A DNA stretch of 64,000 bases from an uncultured delta proteobacterium (GCA_963848135.1 CAWKCK010000017.1:372001-436000), one strand, 5' to 3'; shown: positions 1-14,630, counted from the first letter of the stretch. Numbers and translations: made by a program. The notes: generated by a model not told the origin, from the letters alone.

Positions 1-192
1 CTCGCGGGACTTTTTGTCGATGTGAGGCGATCTCAAAACGCAAAACTTGTTAATTTGTGTCGGCAATGGAATTGGGCCGACAACTTTGGCCCCAGTTTTA
101 TTGGCCGTGTCGACAATATCCGTGACGGATTGATCCAAAAGTTTGTGGTCGTACGCTTTCAATCTGATTCTTATTTTTGTGTTTGCTATCAT
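1..192 (-). CDS. rpsJ: 30S ribosomal protein S10 (5' part, truncated by window edge)
   Basis: Manual translation from ATG at 192: [22 protein letters not shown]...GPIPLPT...[13 protein letters not shown]; follows tuf. Confidence 0.97.
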   Translation of the reverse strand, partial: MIANTKIRIRLKAYDHKLLDQSVTDIVDTANKTGAKVVGPIPLPTQINKFCVLRSPHIDKKSRE

Positions 193-219
193 ATAGGTAA
201 TCTTCCACCGCTAAGTCCG

Positions 220-1413
<1,194 letters not shown>

Positions 1414-1507
1414 CTTTTCGTCCTCCCCTTAATGAATCGTAAAAAGCACAGTGCAAAGTGTTCGGTATAACAGGCAAAATTCACATTGCCGCCTTGCTCT
1501 CTGCCAT

Positions 1508-1981
<474 letters not shown>

Positions 1982-2089
1982 CTACACCATTGATTCGTCT
2001 TATGATCGTTTTTTATCTAAACGCGCGCCGTCTTGCACCTGGCGGCTGACCTATCGGTTTCTAAGGCTAAAGGCGTTTTGCCGCCCGCA

Positions 2090-2461
2090 TTATTTCGGCT
2101 TCTTGGCCCCGTATTTGGAACGTCCCTGTCGCCGATCAGCAACTCCGAGAGTGTCCAAGGTACCCCTGACGATGTGGTATCTGACACCAGGAAGGTCTTT
2201 AACGCGACCACCACGTACCAGGACCACCGAATGCTCCTGAAGGTTATGACCGATACCTGGAATGTAAGCGGTCACCTCGATACCTGTCGTCAGCCGCACA
2301 CGCGCGACCTTCCGCAGCGCTGAATTCGGTTTCTTTGGTGTCGAGGTGTACACGCGTGTGCAGACCCCTCTTTTCTGGGGCGCACCTTTAAGTGCCGGGG
2401 TGTTGGTCTTCTTCTTGGCCCGTTTTCTTCCCTTACGTACTAATTGGTTGATGGTCGGCAT
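2090..2461 (-). CDS. rpsL: 30S ribosomal protein S12
   Basis: [30 protein letters not shown]. Confidence 0.99.
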   Translation of the reverse strand: MPTINQLVRKGRKRAKKKTNTPALKGAPQKRGVCTRVYTSTPKKPNSALRKVARVRLTTGIEVTAYIPGIGHNLQEHSVVLVRGGRVKDLPGVRYHIVRGTLDTLGVADRRQGRSKYGAKKPK

Positions 2462-2520
2462 ATCTACCTCTTGTTTATTGTCTGGAATCCGCTACTTTTC
2501 GAGGGATGGTAAAAGCGCAA

Positions 2521-2549
2521 TTTGTATACAGTCGCCTATCCGATGTCAA
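2521..2549 (-). promoter_or_regulatory. Putative sigma70 promoter of rpsL operon
   Basis: Minus strand TTGACA-N17-TACAAA about 60 bp upstream of rpsL. Confidence 0.6.
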
Positions 2550-2661
2550 GTTTTTTCTTTAATGATATGGCGGTTTTTGATGTGGACGGCTACGCTCTAT
2601 CTCGATCTTCAAAAAAGCAGCGCTCCTTGTTTGCCAATTCGTCAAAACTTACGCCAGTCGA

Positions 2662-5600
2662 TTAGATTTCATCGACAACTTCAACCCCCACATCATGATA
2701 TGTGGCGACACCGGTCCCAGCGGGGATTAGGCGCCCCATAATGACGTTCTCCTTCAAACCCTTCAAGAAATCTACCGCGCCGGAAATGGATGCGTCGGTA
2801 AGCACCTTGGTGGTTTCCTGAAAGGAAGCCGCGGAGATGAAGCTGTCGGTACTGAGCGATGCTTTGGTAATGCCAAGGATGAGCGGTTCGGCAACCGCCG
2901 GTTTTCCGCCTTGCATGATAACAGCCCGGTTCTCCTCGTCAAATCGTACCCGGTCCACCTGTTCTTCCGTGATAAATTCCGTATCGCCGACCTCAACGAC
3001 TTTGACCCGTCGCATCATTTGGCGCACAATGACCTCGATATGTTTGTCGTTAATACGTACTCCCTGCAGGCGGTAAACCTCCTGGACTTCGTCCACCAGG
3101 TACCGCGCGAGGTCGACCTCGCCTTTTATATTGAGAATATCCTGGGGTACGGCCGAACCGCCGATCAGCGGTTCACCAGCGCGCACGTAATCGCCTTCGA
3201 TGACGTTGATGTGTTTTCCCCTGGGAATTAGGTAGTCTTTCGTCTCACCAACACCGTCAACAGGGCTGATGGTAACCTTCTGTTTGCCTTTCTTTGTGCC
3301 CTTGGCGATCGAAACATAACCGTCTATTGCACTCAGAATAGCCACTTCCTTCGGTTTCCTTACTTCAAACAGCTCGGCCACCCGCGGCAAACCACCTGTG
3401 ATATCCTTAGTTTTGGTGGTTGCTCGCGGCAACTTGGCCACAATGTCACCGGCCTTTACGGCGTCGCCTTCTTCAACCAGCATAATGGCATCAATCGGCA
3501 GCATGTAACGGGCCATGGCGTTCGACGCCGGCAGTTTAACTGTTTTTCCGTCCTCACCCTTAATAGAGATCCGCGGCCGTTCCTCGGTCGTCTTAGATTC
3601 GATAACTGTTTGGCTTGACTTACCCGTCACGGGATCGACCTTTTCCTGCATGGTCTTTCCGCGGATGATGTCGCCAAACTTCACGTTACCGTTGACTTCA
3701 GTAAGGATTGGTGTTGTGAAAGGATCCCAGGTCGCCAGAAGATCGCCCGCTTTCACCAGCCCGCCATCCTGGACGAGAATGTGAGCGCCGTAAATAACCG
3801 GAAAGCTTTCCAGTTCACGGCCCTTCTCGTTGACGATCGTAAACTTACCCCCCCGGCGATTCATGACCACTTCCTGCCCATCGGAATTTTTGGCAATACG
3901 CAGATCGACGAATTTTATCTTGCCATCGACCCGGGAACGGATATCAGCCTGTTCAACGCGCCGACTGGCTGTACCGCCGATGTGAAAGGTCCGCATCGTC
4001 AGCTGGGTTCCGGGTTCACCGATTGACTGCGCAGCCAGGATACCGACAGCCTGGCCATGTTCCACAGTCTGACCGTGGGCCAGATCGCGTCCGTAACAGT
4101 GAGCACATACGCCGGTCTTCGTCCTGCAGGTCAAAACGGAGCGGATTTTGATGTTTGTCAGGCCGGCATCTTCAATCCGTTGAACGGTGGGTTCATCGAT
4201 TAGGTGATTGGCCGGTACAATGACCTCCTCGGTGAAAGGATCAATGACATCTTCTGCAGTCACCCGCCCCAACACACGTTCCCCGATACGCTGAATCACT
4301 TCACCACCTTCCATCAACGGCCCGACCTCAACGCCCATGCGGGTTCCGCAGTCATCCTCCATGACAATGCAGTCCTGTGCGACGTCTGCGAGACGACGGG
4401 TGAGATAACCCGAGTTGGCTGTTTTCAGCGCCGTATCTGCCAAACCTTTGCGGGCACCGTGGGTCGAAATAAAATACTGCAACACGGACAGCCCTTCCCT
4501 GAAGTTGGAGGTAATCGGCGTCTCGATGATCTCTCCTGAAGGTTTGGCCATCAGACCCCGCATGCCGGCAAGCTGACGCATCTGGTCTTTGCTGCCCCGG
4601 GCACCGGAATCGGCCATCATGAATATAGGATTAAAGCTTTCGGAAATGATGGGATCCCCGTTCTTGTCCATAATCGGGTTGCCCGCAGAATCGTTCACCG
4701 GCGCCATCCGCATAGCCTCCATCATTGCGTTGGCCACATCATCAGTGGCTTTGGCCCAGATATCAACGACTTTGTTGTATTTTTCGCCCTGGGTAATCAG
4801 GCCCTCGGTATACTGCCGGCCGATTTCCTCCACCTGCTTCTCGGCCTCATTCAAAAGCTTCCACTTTGAATCGGGTGTGATCATGGCATCGATTGAAATC
4901 GACAAGCCACCTTCCGTCGAATAGCGATAACCGGTATTTTTGAGACGGTCGGACAGAATGACCGTCGCTTTTGGACCGAGATTGCGGTAAACATAATCCA
5001 CAAGATTCCGCAGCGTTTTCTTATCCATCACACGGTTGATCACGTCAAAGGGTATCGGCGGTTGTCTCTTCAAAACTTTAAAAATGTGATGCTTCCCATC
5101 AGCCGTGAGAACATTGCTAACGTCACCGATATTCAGGTAGTAAACCTTGTCAGCGGTATCTTCGTCGATATTGAACGTGTTGACAAACTCATCCTTCCTC
5201 ACGAGGCCGATATTGCCGTCGTTAACCTTGTCGGGACTCTGGGAGTGGGTCGAGACCATTTCAGTGAAGTCCGCCCCCTCTTTGATCTTGCGATGGATGC
5301 TTCTTGCTTCCTGCAAGTCTTTCACCATGATGTGGCAGAGGTCAAAGATATCCTCCTCCGGAATGATTTCCCACAACAGAATTCGCCCGACGGTGGTGTC
5401 GACGCGTTTGCCGTCCATGCGCACGGAAATCTCGGCATGTAATTCGACATTGCCGTCGTCGTAGGCAACTCTGACCTCTTCGGCATTGGCAAAATACATA
5501 CCGTCACCCTTGCGTCCCGGTATGCCCCTGGTCATGTAGTAAAGCCCCAATACGATGTCCTGACTGGGCACGATGATCGGCGACCCATTGGCTGGCGACA

Positions 5601-7074
5601 GGATGTTGTTGCTGGAGAGCATCAACACCCGCGCTTCGATCTGGGCTTCCACGGAGAGCGGCACGTGCACGGCCATCTGGTCGCCGTCAAAGTCGGCATT
5701 GAATGCGGTACACACCAGTGGATGCAACTGAATCGCCTTGCCTTCAATAAGGATCGGCTCGAAAGCCTGGATGCCGAGCCGATGAAGCGTCGGCGCCCGG
5801 TTCAGCATCACCGGATACTCTTTGACAACTTCATCCAACGTGTCCCAAACCTCCGGAATCTCACGTTCCACCATTTTTTTGGCACTCTTGACGGTGGACA
5901 CCAGCCCTTTCTGCTCAAGCCGGTAGTATACAAAGGGCTTGAAAAGCTCCAGCGCCATGGCCTTGGGTAATCCGCACTGGTGCAACCGCAAGTCCGGTCC
6001 GACTGTAATGACCGTCCGGCCGGAATAGTCGACCCGCTTACCCAGCAGGTTCTGTCTGAAACGCCCCTGTTTGCCCTTCAGCGTGTCACTCAGAGATTTG
6101 AGTGGCCGCTTATTGGTACCGGTTATTACCCGTCCGTGGCGACCGTTATCAAAGAGAACGTCGACAGATTCCTGGAGCATTCTTTTTTCGTTACGGACGA
6201 TAATATCGGGCGCCTTCAAGTCGATCAGCCGCTTCAATCGGTTGTTGCGATTGATGACCCGCCGGTAGAGATCGTTAAGATCGGATGTGGCGAAACGACC
6301 GCCTTCCAGCGGCACCAATGGCCTGAGATCCGGGGGTAGCACCGGTATGACATCCATAATCATCCAAATCGGGTTGACACCGGATTTACGAAACGCATCA
6401 ACGATTTTCAGGCGTTTGGCAAGTTTTTGGCGTTTGGCCACAGAACCGGTTTCCCTGATATCACGACGCAACTCTTTATAAATCTCATCCAGGTCCAGAT
6501 CGGCCAGCATTTCTTTAACGGCTTCGGCGCCGATACCGGCTTTGAATTTGTCACCGTATTTGTCGAGAGCATCGTGGTAATTTTCATCCGTCAGCAACTG
6601 GCCTCGCGTGAGATCGGTTTCCTTCGGATCGATAACGATATAACTGTCAAAATAAAGGACCTTTTCCATATTTTTAAGGGTCAGATCCAGCAGGTTCCCG
6701 ATTTTACTGGGAAGGCTTTTAAGGAACCAAATATGTGAAACCGGAGTTGCCAACTCGATGTGGGCCATGCGTTCACGACGAACTTTGGACTGAATGACTT
6801 CAACACCGCATTTTTCGCAAATTACACCGCGGTGTTTCATGCGTTTGTATTTACCGCAATTACACTCATAATCCTTGGTTGGACCAAATATTTTAGCACA
6901 GAAAAGCCCGTCGCGTTCAGGCTTGAATGTCCGATAGTTGATGGTTTCAGGCTTTTTTATTTCTCCGAAAGACCACTTTCGGATTTGCTCCGGAGACGCC
7001 AGGGAAATCTTAATTCCAGTGTATTTCCTAGGGTCTGTCGGTTTAGCGAAAAAATCGTATAATGTATCCATCAT
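2662..7074 (-). CDS. rpoC: RNA polymerase beta' subunit, with in-frame parvulin-like insertion
   Basis: N-terminal Zn finger (CNCGKYK...CEKCG), NADFDGD active site, TQLTMRTFH trigger loop; 1470 aa. Confidence 0.99.
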   Translation of the reverse strand: MMDTLYDFFAKPTDPRKYTGIKISLASPEQIRKWSFGEIKKPETINYRTFKPERDGLFCAKIFGPTKDYECNCGKYKRMKHRGVICEKCGVEVIQSKVRRERMAHIELATPVSHIWFLKSLPSKIGNLLDLTLKNMEKVLYFDSYIVIDPKETDLTRGQLLTDENYHDALDKYGDKFKAGIGAEAVKEMLADLDLDEIYKELRRDIRETGSVAKRQKLAKRLKIVDAFRKSGVNPIWMIMDVIPVLPPDLRPLVPLEGGRFATSDLNDLYRRVINRNNRLKRLIDLKAPDIIVRNEKRMLQESVDVLFDNGRHGRVITGTNKRPLKSLSDTLKGKQGRFRQNLLGKRVDYSGRTVITVGPDLRLHQCGLPKAMALELFKPFVYYRLEQKGLVSTVKSAKKMVEREIPEVWDTLDEVVKEYPVMLNRAPTLHRLGIQAFEPILIEGKAIQLHPLVCTAFNADFDGDQMAVHVPLSVEAQIEARVLMLSSNNILSPANGSPIIVPSQDIVLGLYYMTRGIPGRKGDGMYFANAEEVRVAYDDGNVELHAEISVRMDGKRVDTTVGRILLWEIIPEEDIFDLCHIMVKDLQEARSIHRKIKEGADFTEMVSTHSQSPDKVNDGNIGLVRKDEFVNTFNIDEDTADKVYYLNIGDVSNVLTADGKHHIFKVLKRQPPIPFDVINRVMDKKTLRNLVDYVYRNLGPKATVILSDRLKNTGYRYSTEGGLSISIDAMITPDSKWKLLNEAEKQVEEIGRQYTEGLITQGEKYNKVVDIWAKATDDVANAMMEAMRMAPVNDSAGNPIMDKNGDPIISESFNPIFMMADSGARGSKDQMRQLAGMRGLMAKPSGEIIETPITSNFREGLSVLQYFISTHGARKGLADTALKTANSGYLTRRLADVAQDCIVMEDDCGTRMGVEVGPLMEGGEVIQRIGERVLGRVTAEDVIDPFTEEVIVPANHLIDEPTVQRIEDAGLTNIKIRSVLTCRTKTGVCAHCYGRDLAHGQTVEHGQAVGILAAQSIGEPGTQLTMRTFHIGGTASRRVEQADIRSRVDGKIKFVDLRIAKNSDGQEVVMNRRGGKFTIVNEKGRELESFPVIYGAHILVQDGGLVKAGDLLATWDPFTTPILTEVNGNVKFGDIIRGKTMQEKVDPVTGKSSQTVIESKTTEERPRISIKGEDGKTVKLPASNAMARYMLPIDAIMLVEEGDAVKAGDIVAKLPRATTKTKDITGGLPRVAELFEVRKPKEVAILSAIDGYVSIAKGTKKGKQKVTISPVDGVGETKDYLIPRGKHINVIEGDYVRAGEPLIGGSAVPQDILNIKGEVDLARYLVDEVQEVYRLQGVRINDKHIEVIVRQMMRRVKVVEVGDTEFITEEQVDRVRFDEENRAVIMQGGKPAVAEPLILGITKASLSTDSFISAASFQETTKVLTDASISGAVDFLKGLKENVIMGRLIPAGTGVATYHDVGVEVVDEI
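5059..5352 (-). other. PpiC/parvulin-like (rotamase) domain inserted in RpoC (~aa 575-672)
   Basis: HIMVKD...[18 protein letters not shown]...GNIG...HIFKVLKR resembles the parvulin pattern HILVK...IKNGADF..LAKKHS.CP...GDLG...HIIKVL; both flanks are canonical RpoC. Confidence 0.85.
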
Positions 7075-7140
7075 GGTTTAATTCCCTTTCACCTGTGATA
7101 TGGGATTCTTGCGGCCACTTCCTGGAATTGAAGGTGACGA

Positions 7141-10100
7141 TCAACTCTTTCCTTCGATAAGGTCGATATCGAGTCCCAAAGCCTGGAGTTCTTTGGTCAT
7201 CACTCTGAAGGACTCTGGAATACCTGGTTCCAGAACATTCTGGCCTTTAACGATCTTTTCGTACATTCGCGTTCTGCCGGCCATGTCATCCGATTTGACG
7301 GTCAGAAACTCCTGCAGCGCAAAGGCCGCTCCATAAGCTTCCATCGCCCAGACTTCCATCTCGCCGAGCCGCTGACCGCCGAACTGTGCCTTGCCACCGA
7401 GCGGTTGTTGCGTCACCAGTGAGTATGGGCCAATGGACCGGGCATGAATCTTGTCATCCACCAAATGGTGCAGTTTCAAGACGTACATGGTGCCGACGGT
7501 AATTCTTTCCTTAAATGCCTCCCCGGTACGACCATCGTAGAGGGTTGTCTGCCCGGTCGTGCTTACCTCTGCTTCTTGCAGCAGGTTTTTGATTTCATCC
7601 TCTTTGGCGCCGTCAAATACCGGCGTCGCCATATGCACGCCGTCTTTGTACTGAATGGCAAAGGTCATCAACTCATCGTCACTGAAATCTTTAATCGATG
7701 CCTGAGCCTCGACGTCTTCGAAGATTTTTTTCAGTTTGCCTCTCAACGCTTTGAATTTTTGTTCTTCAATTAACACACTCAATTGATCACCGAGAGTTTT
7801 GGCGGCCCGCCCAAGGTGAATTTCGAGAATCTGACCGACGTTCATCCGCGAAGGGACGCCCAAGGGGTTCAGAACCATGTCGACCGGCTTGCCATCCTTG
7901 AAATAGGGAAGATCTTCAATGGGTAGAATCCTGGAGACAACACCTTTATTTCCGTGGCGCCCGGCCATTTTGTCGCCAACAGAAAGCTTGCGTTTCATGG
8001 CAACGTAGACCTTGACGAGTTTGATGACACCGGGTGGCAAATCGTCCCCTTTTTCGTAACGGGTGACTTGCTGCTCGAACACCATCCGCGTCAGTTCGCT
8101 CTGATCCCGGTAACGTTCCAGCAGTTCGTGAACCTTTTCAGTCGTTTTCGGGTCTTCCAGGACGATGCCTTCCACTACAGCCAATGGAATTTGCTCGAAG
8201 GTGTCAGTATCAATTTTGGCACCCTTGGCCACCAGGGATTTCTTCCCTTTTTTCAGGGCCGCTTGCACTTGTTGCCCCACCAGTAGCTGTTTGAGTTCAC
8301 CGCGCACGACATCTTCGATGACACCCAATTCATCATCCCGATCCTTTTCGAAACTGGCAATCTCTTCATCTTCGATCAAACGGGCGCGATCGTCCTTCTG
8401 GACTCCGCGACGCGAAAACACCTTGGCATCGATAACTGTGCCCTGGATCCCCGGAGGAACCCGCAAAGACGTATCTTTTACATCGCCGGCTTTTTCTCCG
8501 AAGATGGCCCGCAACAGCTTTTCCTCCGGTGAAAGTTGCGTTTCACCTTTCGGAGTGATCTTGCCGACCAGGATATCACCCGGCACAACCTCGGCTCCCA
8601 ATCGAATGATTCCGCTGTCATCTAAATTCTTCAGCGCTTCCTCTCCAACGTTGGGAATGTCGCGGGTGATGTCCTCCTTGCCAAGCTTGGTGTCTCTGGC
8701 AACGACCTCGAACTCTTCGATATGAACGGAGGTGTAGACCCCGTCCCTGACCAGCCTTTCGCTGACCAGGATGGAATCCTCGAAATTGTATCCGCCCCAG
8801 GGCATGAAAGCCACGGTGACGTTCTTACCCAATGCCAACTCACCCTTTTCCGTTGCCGGACCGTCGGCGATGATTTCCCCCGCCTTAACTTTTTGCCCGT
8901 TACGGACAATGGGGCGGTGGTTGAAACAGGTGTTCTGGTTACTACGAATGAATTTCGACAGGTTGTAGATCGTGACGTCTTTTGCCATTGGATTTTCCGA
9001 CGGATCGTGTTTGAGAACGATCCGAGAGGCATCCACGTCAACAACGGTAGCATCGCGCTGGGCAACTATGGTCACTCCGCTGTCTTTGGCGACGACCCCC
9101 TCGATTCCGGTTCCGACAAGAGGCGCCTCATTAACCAACAGGGGTACAGCCTGGCGTTGCATGTTTGAGCCCATTAGCGCCCGGTTGGCATCGTCGTTTT
9201 CCAAAAACGGAATCAAAGATGCCGAAACGCTCACCAGCTGATTGGGGGAGATGTCCATCAGTTCAATCTCTTCGCGCGGCACCATCATAAACTCCCCAGC
9301 CACGCGAGAGGTTACCATAGGATTTATATAGCGGTCTTTTTCGTCAACCTGTGCATTGGCTTGCGCAATGGGGTGTTCTTTTTCTTCGAATGCGTCCAGA
9401 AACTTTACCTCTTTTGTAACCTTGGCATCCTTGACGACCCTGTAAGGTGTTTCTATGAATCCGAAATTATTCACCCGGGCATAGGTGCTCAACGACACGA
9501 TCAAACCGATGTTGGGCCCCTCGGGCGTTTCGATAGGACAGATACGACCGTAATGGGACGGATGAACGTCACGCACTTCGAAACCGGCGCGCTCACGTGT
9601 CAACCCGCCCGGCCCCAGGGCGCTGAGCCTTCGTTTATGTGTCGTTTCCGAAAGTGGATTGGTCTGGTCCATAAATTGAGACAGCTGGCTGGTGCCAAAA
9701 AATTCTTTTACCACCGCCGAAACCGGCTTTGGATTGATCAAATCGTGGGGCATCAGTGCATCAACTTCCTGCAGACTCATGCGTTCCTTGATGGCTCGCT
9801 CCATGCGGACCAGGCCGATCCGATATTGGTTTTCGAGCAATTCGCCCACTGCGCGGACCCTGCGATTTCCGAGGTGGTCGATGTCATCGACAACCCCCTG
9901 GGTGTCCCTGAGCTCAATCAGGGCCCTGGTCGTCAGCAGAATATCTTCTTTGCGCAGAATGCGGAGGTTCATCATGGTTTTGATGTCGAGTCTCTGGTTG
10001 ATTTTCAGTCGACCGACACCCGAAAGATCGTAATAGTTGGGTTTGAAAAACAGGTTGTCGATGAAATCCTGGGCCACTTCAGGCGTGGCAGGGTTGCCCG

Positions 10101-11238
10101 GCCTGAGTCGCCGGTAGATTTCGATCAGGGCTTCCTCTTTGCTTTCAACCTTGTCGACCAGAAGGGTTTTGCGAATCGAGTCGCTGCTGGAGCTGCCATC
10201 GACATAGAGCACGTCGAATTCATTGATTCCAGCTTTGCTGAGCTTGGCCAGGTTTTCTTCATCTGCCGTATCGTTGGCCTTTACAACCGGCAAATCGGAA
10301 TCAGGATAGTAAATGGTGTTGGCGAAAACCCTGCCGCTTAACTCGTCCGGTCCAATGGGTATCAAACCGGCATCGGCTGTTTTCAACCGTTTGACCGCAC
10401 GGGCGGTAAATATCCGTCCCTTTTTAATCAACACATTCCCGGTCTCCGGATCTTTTATGTCCCGGCTGGCGCGTTGACCCTTCAAAAATTCGGGGTTGAA
10501 CCGTTTTGAAATCCGTTTGCCCTCAATGACGATTCTCTCGCATTTATAGAAATAGGTCAGCAGGTCTTCGACACTGTAACCGAAAGCTTTAAAAAGAATC
10601 GTGATCGGAAATTTCCGCCGCCTGTCAATCCGGATATAAACGATATCTTTGGGATCGATTTCCATATCGATCCAGGAGCCTCTAACGGGAATAATTCTGG
10701 AGCTGTAAATAATTTTACCGCTCGAGTGGGACTTGCCTTTGTCGTGATCGAAGAACACACCCGAAGAACGATGCAACTGGCTGACCACGACCCGTTCCGT
10801 CCCATTGATGATGAACGTCCCCTTTTCGGTCATCATCGGTATGGTACCAAAATAAATCTCCTGCTCTTTTATATCGCGAATGTTTGAAATACCGGTATCC
10901 GCGTCAGTATCATACACCACAAGGCGAACGGTGATGCGCAACGGTATCTCGTATGTCATTCCCCGGTGTATGCACTCTTCCACGCTGTGCTTTACCTCCG
11001 CAAAGCGGTACGACACAAACTCCAGGGAAGCACTTCCGGTGAAATCTTTGATGGGAAATACAGATCGGAATACCGCCTGCAGACCGATATCCTCCCGCTT
11101 TTCCGGAGGAACATCCATTTGCAGCAACCTTCTGTATGACTCTCTCTGCACTGCGATAAGATCTGGAATGTCGACAATCTTGCGGATTTTACCAAAGTTT
11201 TTTCTTATCCGTTTGCTTGCCAGGGATCTTTCCGACAT
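7141..11238 (-). CDS. rpoB: RNA polymerase beta subunit
   Basis: [34 protein letters not shown]; likely start [16 protein letters not shown] at 11238. Confidence 0.99.
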   Translation of the reverse strand: MSERSLASKRIRKNFGKIRKIVDIPDLIAVQRESYRRLLQMDVPPEKREDIGLQAVFRSVFPIKDFTGSASLEFVSYRFAEVKHSVEECIHRGMTYEIPLRITVRLVVYDTDADTGISNIRDIKEQEIYFGTIPMMTEKGTFIINGTERVVVSQLHRSSGVFFDHDKGKSHSSGKIIYSSRIIPVRGSWIDMEIDPKDIVYIRIDRRRKFPITILFKAFGYSVEDLLTYFYKCERIVIEGKRISKRFNPEFLKGQRASRDIKDPETGNVLIKKGRIFTARAVKRLKTADAGLIPIGPDELSGRVFANTIYYPDSDLPVVKANDTADEENLAKLSKAGINEFDVLYVDGSSSSDSIRKTLLVDKVESKEEALIEIYRRLRPGNPATPEVAQDFIDNLFFKPNYYDLSGVGRLKINQRLDIKTMMNLRILRKEDILLTTRALIELRDTQGVVDDIDHLGNRRVRAVGELLENQYRIGLVRMERAIKERMSLQEVDALMPHDLINPKPVSAVVKEFFGTSQLSQFMDQTNPLSETTHKRRLSALGPGGLTRERAGFEVRDVHPSHYGRICPIETPEGPNIGLIVSLSTYARVNNFGFIETPYRVVKDAKVTKEVKFLDAFEEKEHPIAQANAQVDEKDRYINPMVTSRVAGEFMMVPREEIELMDISPNQLVSVSASLIPFLENDDANRALMGSNMQRQAVPLLVNEAPLVGTGIEGVVAKDSGVTIVAQRDATVVDVDASRIVLKHDPSENPMAKDVTIYNLSKFIRSNQNTCFNHRPIVRNGQKVKAGEIIADGPATEKGELALGKNVTVAFMPWGGYNFEDSILVSERLVRDGVYTSVHIEEFEVVARDTKLGKEDITRDIPNVGEEALKNLDDSGIIRLGAEVVPGDILVGKITPKGETQLSPEEKLLRAIFGEKAGDVKDTSLRVPPGIQGTVIDAKVFSRRGVQKDDRARLIEDEEIASFEKDRDDELGVIEDVVRGELKQLLVGQQVQAALKKGKKSLVAKGAKIDTDTFEQIPLAVVEGIVLEDPKTTEKVHELLERYRDQSELTRMVFEQQVTRYEKGDDLPPGVIKLVKVYVAMKRKLSVGDKMAGRHGNKGVVSRILPIEDLPYFKDGKPVDMVLNPLGVPSRMNVGQILEIHLGRAAKTLGDQLSVLIEEQKFKALRGKLKKIFEDVEAQASIKDFSDDELMTFAIQYKDGVHMATPVFDGAKEDEIKNLLQEAEVSTTGQTTLYDGRTGEAFKERITVGTMYVLKLHHLVDDKIHARSIGPYSLVTQQPLGGKAQFGGQRLGEMEVWAMEAYGAAFALQEFLTVKSDDMAGRTRMYEKIVKGQNVLEPGIPESFRVMTKELQALGLDIDLIEGKS

Positions 11239-11405
11239 TTTTGCTCCAGTATTTTTGGGGTTACATAACTCAAGGGGTCCTTGCCGACATTTCGGGCTGA
11301 ACCACCTGGGAGAGTGTCTGTCAATTTGCAACCGGCGGAATGATGGTACGGTTCTTCATTCCGCCGGAGATTCGCTTCCCTCCACGGCAACGCATGACAA
11401 GGAGA

Positions 11406-11792
11406 TTACTTGACCTCGACCTGTGCGCCGGCTTCTTCCAGTTGAGCCTTGATCTTTTCGGCCTCATCCTTCGGCACGCCCTCCTTAACCGGCTTGGGAA
11501 CGCTGTCAACGAGCTCTTTGGCATCTTTCAACCCAAGGCCGGTTATGGCCCTGACTTCCTTGATAACCTGGATCTTCTTGTCGCCGTGAGCCACCAAGAC
11601 GACATCGAACTCGGTTTGTTCTTCCGCTTGCGCTGCTCCGCCTTCACCGGCCGGTCCGGCAGCCATCATTGCAACGGGTGCCGCAGCGGACACACCAAAT
11701 TTTTCTTCAAGTTCTTTGATAAGTTCGGAAAGTTCCAGAACCGTCATATTCGAAATAAATTCAATCACGTCTTCTTTGGTAACATTCGCCAT
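11406..11792 (-). CDS. rplL: 50S ribosomal protein L7/L12
   Basis: [32 protein letters not shown]. Confidence 0.99.
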   Translation of the reverse strand: MANVTKEDVIEFISNMTVLELSELIKELEEKFGVSAAAPVAMMAAGPAGEGGAAQAEEQTEFDVVLVAHGDKKIQVIKEVRAITGLGLKDAKELVDSVPKPVKEGVPKDEAEKIKAQLEEAGAQVEVK

Positions 11793-11872
11793 TTTAAATC
11801 TCCTCAGACTTTTTATCAGTGTTCATTCTTATCGATCTTATCGATGTTAGAAGTTGCGGATGCGTCCACAAG

Positions 11873-12394
11873 CTAGGCGGCTTCCTTCTGATCTTTTATC
11901 GCCGACAGCACATTCATGAATTGCTGCGGGACGCCGTTTAGGACCCTGACAAAACCGGTTGGAACACCGACCATCACTGAAAGCAGTTGACTCAGCAACA
12001 CCTCGCGCGACGGCAGGGCCGCCAACGCTTTAATGCTCGCCAGATCGAGAACTTTGTCTTCCATGATGCCGGCTTTGATCTCCAGCTTTTCGTTCTTCTT
12101 GGAAAATTCAGTCAGAATCTTAGCGGGCGCAACCGGATCATCAAAGCTCAGCGCTATAGCACTGGGTCCTTTGAACTGGTCCTTGATCGCTTCGACATTG
12201 GTCTCCTCAGCCGCTCTGATCAGCATGGTGTTTTTAACGACCTGATAATCGATCTGGGACTCCCGCAGTATCCTGCGCAGTTCCGTCATCGTCTCCACAT
12301 CCAAACCCTTGTAGTCGGTAACGATTAGGACTTTGGACTTTGAAAATTTCTCGCGCAGGTCCGCGACGATTTTTTTCTTTTCATCCAGTTTCAA
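11873..12394 (-). CDS. rplJ: 50S ribosomal protein L10
   Basis: DYKGL, VVKNT, LPSREVLL; TTG start after GGAGG. Confidence 0.97.
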   Translation of the reverse strand: MKLDEKKKIVADLREKFSKSKVLIVTDYKGLDVETMTELRRILRESQIDYQVVKNTMLIRAAEETNVEAIKDQFKGPSAIALSFDDPVAPAKILTEFSKKNEKLEIKAGIMEDKVLDLASIKALAALPSREVLLSQLLSVMVGVPTGFVRVLNGVPQQFMNVLSAIKDQKEAA

Positions 12395-12547
12395 AACGAA
12401 TACACCTCCTCTCCTTATCCGACGTCAACCGGAGGTAAGGACTGGTGTTAGTGGCGAATGGCGATTGTATTTCCGGCGGTGTGAGAAACGGTCTGCACAG
12501 AATATCCGTTAGGAACTTTTGTTCGGATCCGGACGCAACGTGTCAAA

Positions 12548-12624
12548 CCTGTCTCGGTAGGCCGGCAAGCGCCGATTAAACACATCCTGTTCGCCATACA
12601 CTGTGTGCCTACGGTCTTTGACAG
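12548..12624 (-). promoter_or_regulatory. L10 leader (rplJ-rplL autoregulatory RNA) core
   Basis: Minus strand CTGTCAAAGACCGTAGG...TTTAA...CCTACCGAGACAGG pairing in the rplA-rplJ spacer. Confidence 0.75.
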
Positions 12625-12757
12625 ATAGTCGTTCGTAATACTTAAAAACAAATAGGTTATCTATTAAGGACTTGAGAACCAAGGCGTGAAAATGCCCTTC
12701 AGCCCCGCCAGAAAATGCGGGATGTCATCCCGCCCGGCGGACCATACTTCCGTCACC

Positions 12758-13462
12758 CTATTTGACCAATTCCTTTACTAAAGCCGTATCGATTTTAACC
12801 CCTGGACCCATGGTTGTAGAAATCGCAATGCCTTTAAGATAAGTCCCTTTACTTGAGGCCGGTTTCAGGCGGACAATGGTTTCCAGGAAAGCGGTAAGAT
12901 TCTGAACGATTTTATCGACGCCAAAAGAGACTTTTCCCATGGGGGCATGCACGATACCGGCCTTCTCAACCCTAAATTCTATCTTGCCGGCTTTCAGTTC
13001 CTCTACCGCGCGCGCCACATCGAAGGTGACCGTTCCTGTTTTGGCATTGGGCATGAGGCCTCTGGGGCCGAGGATTTTGCCTATTTTGCCGACGGATCCC
13101 ATCATGTCAGGGGTCGCCACAGCCTTATCGAATTCCAACCAACCCTGTTTTATTTTTTCGACCAGGTCGTCTCCTCCGGTAAAATCAGCGCCGGCATCCA
13201 GCGCTTCTTTCTCCTTTTCCCCTTTGGCAAACACAACAATTTTTACTTCTTTACCAGTTCCATTCGGTAACACGACCGATCCGCGCACCATTTGATCCGC
13301 ATGGCGTGGGTCGACGCCGAGTTTGACACTCACATCGATGGTTTCATCAAATTTGGCAAAGGACGAATCGATGGAAACCTGAACGGCTTCATTGAAGTCG
13401 GATTTGTTTATAGCTGTGATTTTCTTTTTGGCTTCCTGGTATTTTTTACCACGCTTCGGCAT
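12758..13462 (-). CDS. rplA: 50S ribosomal protein L1
   Basis: [35 protein letters not shown]. Confidence 0.98.
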   Translation of the reverse strand: MPKRGKKYQEAKKKITAINKSDFNEAVQVSIDSSFAKFDETIDVSVKLGVDPRHADQMVRGSVVLPNGTGKEVKIVVFAKGEKEKEALDAGADFTGGDDLVEKIKQGWLEFDKAVATPDMMGSVGKIGKILGPRGLMPNAKTGTVTFDVARAVEELKAGKIEFRVEKAGIVHAPMGKVSFGVDKIVQNLTAFLETIVRLKPASSKGTYLKGIAISTTMGPGVKIDTALVKELVK

Positions 13463-13556
13463 TTTCTTTACCCACCTTGTCCGTGATTTTATAATGGACC
13501 GCAATCGCAACGCACCGCGTCATCGGTCGTTAAAACCTTAAGTGATCATTCTTCCG

Positions 13557-13979
13557 TCAAGCGACTTCGATACCCATACTCCGCGCCGTGCCCTCAATAA
13601 TTTTGCAGGCGGCGGCCAGATCGTTCGCATTCAGATCAACCATTTTCTGCTTGGCAATTTCTTCCACCTGCGCCCGCGTCACTTTTCCAACCCGATCGCG
13701 TTTGGGATCTCCGGCGCCCTTGGCTATCTGGGCGGCTTTCTTCAGCAAGACTGCCGCCGGTGGCGTCTTGGTGATGAACGTAAACGACCGATCCTGATAA
13801 ACTGTGATGACAACGGGTATAATTGTACCGGTATCATCTGCCGTTCGGGCATTAAACGCCTTGCAAAAATCCATGATATTGACGCCGTGTTGTCCCAAAG
13901 CCGGGCCAATCGGCGGCGACGGGTTGGCTTTACCACCCTCAACCTGCAACTTGATCATTGCCATAACTTTTTTTGCCAT
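13557..13979 (-). CDS. rplK: 50S ribosomal protein L11
   Basis: [26 protein letters not shown]. Confidence 0.99.
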   Translation of the reverse strand: MAKKVMAMIKLQVEGGKANPSPPIGPALGQHGVNIMDFCKAFNARTADDTGTIIPVVITVYQDRSFTFITKTPPAAVLLKKAAQIAKGAGDPKRDRVGKVTRAQVEEIAKQKMVDLNANDLAAACKIIEGTARSMGIEVA

Positions 13980-14093
13980 GCTGAATACTCGCTCCTCGTA
14001 CTCAATGTATTTGCTTCGTCAACCGGAATGAATCCAAGGCGGATAGAACCACACCGTGGCGGTTTCAATCAGCATTCCGGTGCAGTGTCCGAT

Positions 14094-14630
14094 TCAGAGC
14101 TTGCTCACTTGGACAAAATCCAATTCCACCGGTGTTGCCCTCCCGAAGATGCTCACCAACACCTTAATTTTACCCTTCTCGGGATTGACTTCTTCAACAG
14201 TTCCGTTAAAATTCGTAAATGGGCCGTCGATAACCCGAACCTCGTCACCTGATTCGAAGAAATATTTCGGCTGCGGCGCAAGTTTTCCGGCTTCCATCCG
14301 ATTGAGGATCTTTTCGGCTTCCTGATCCGATATCGGCGTCGGTTGCGATCTGCCACCAAGGAATCCGGTAACTTTTGCCGTACTATTGACGATGTGCCAG
14401 GTTTCATCATTCAGCTCCATCCGCACCAGAATATAACCGGGATAAAACTTGCGCGAGGAGGTTTTACGCTTGCCCTTTACGAGCTCGACGACCTCCTCGG
14501 TTGGCACCAGAACCTCGTCAAACCTATCCGCATGGGGCGAAGCGGCAACTTTTTCTTCCAGGGCGATTTTTACTTTGTTTTCAAACCCCGAATAGACATG
14601 AACGATGTACCATTTCTTCGTATCGGTCAC
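14094..14630 (-). CDS. nusG: Transcription termination/antitermination factor NusG
   Basis: [22 protein letters not shown] domain, [13 protein letters not shown] start at 14630. Confidence 0.97.
   Translation of the reverse strand: MTDTKKWYIVHVYSGFENKVKIALEEKVAASPHADRFDEVLVPTEEVVELVKGKRKTSSRKFYPGYILVRMELNDETWHIVNSTAKVTGFLGGRSQPTPISDQEAEKILNRMEAGKLAPQPKYFFESGDEVRVIDGPFTNFNGTVEEVNPEKGKIKVLVSIFGRATPVELDFVQVSKL

Noticed and set aside
5059..5352. RpoC insert as an intein
   Set aside because: No C/S/T at the N-terminal junction, no terminal His-Asn, no Hint motifs; it matches the parvulin pattern instead.
7141..11238. Additional insertions in RpoB (and the large trigger-loop insert in RpoC)
   Set aside because: Consistent with the known proteobacterial-type lineage-specific insertions.
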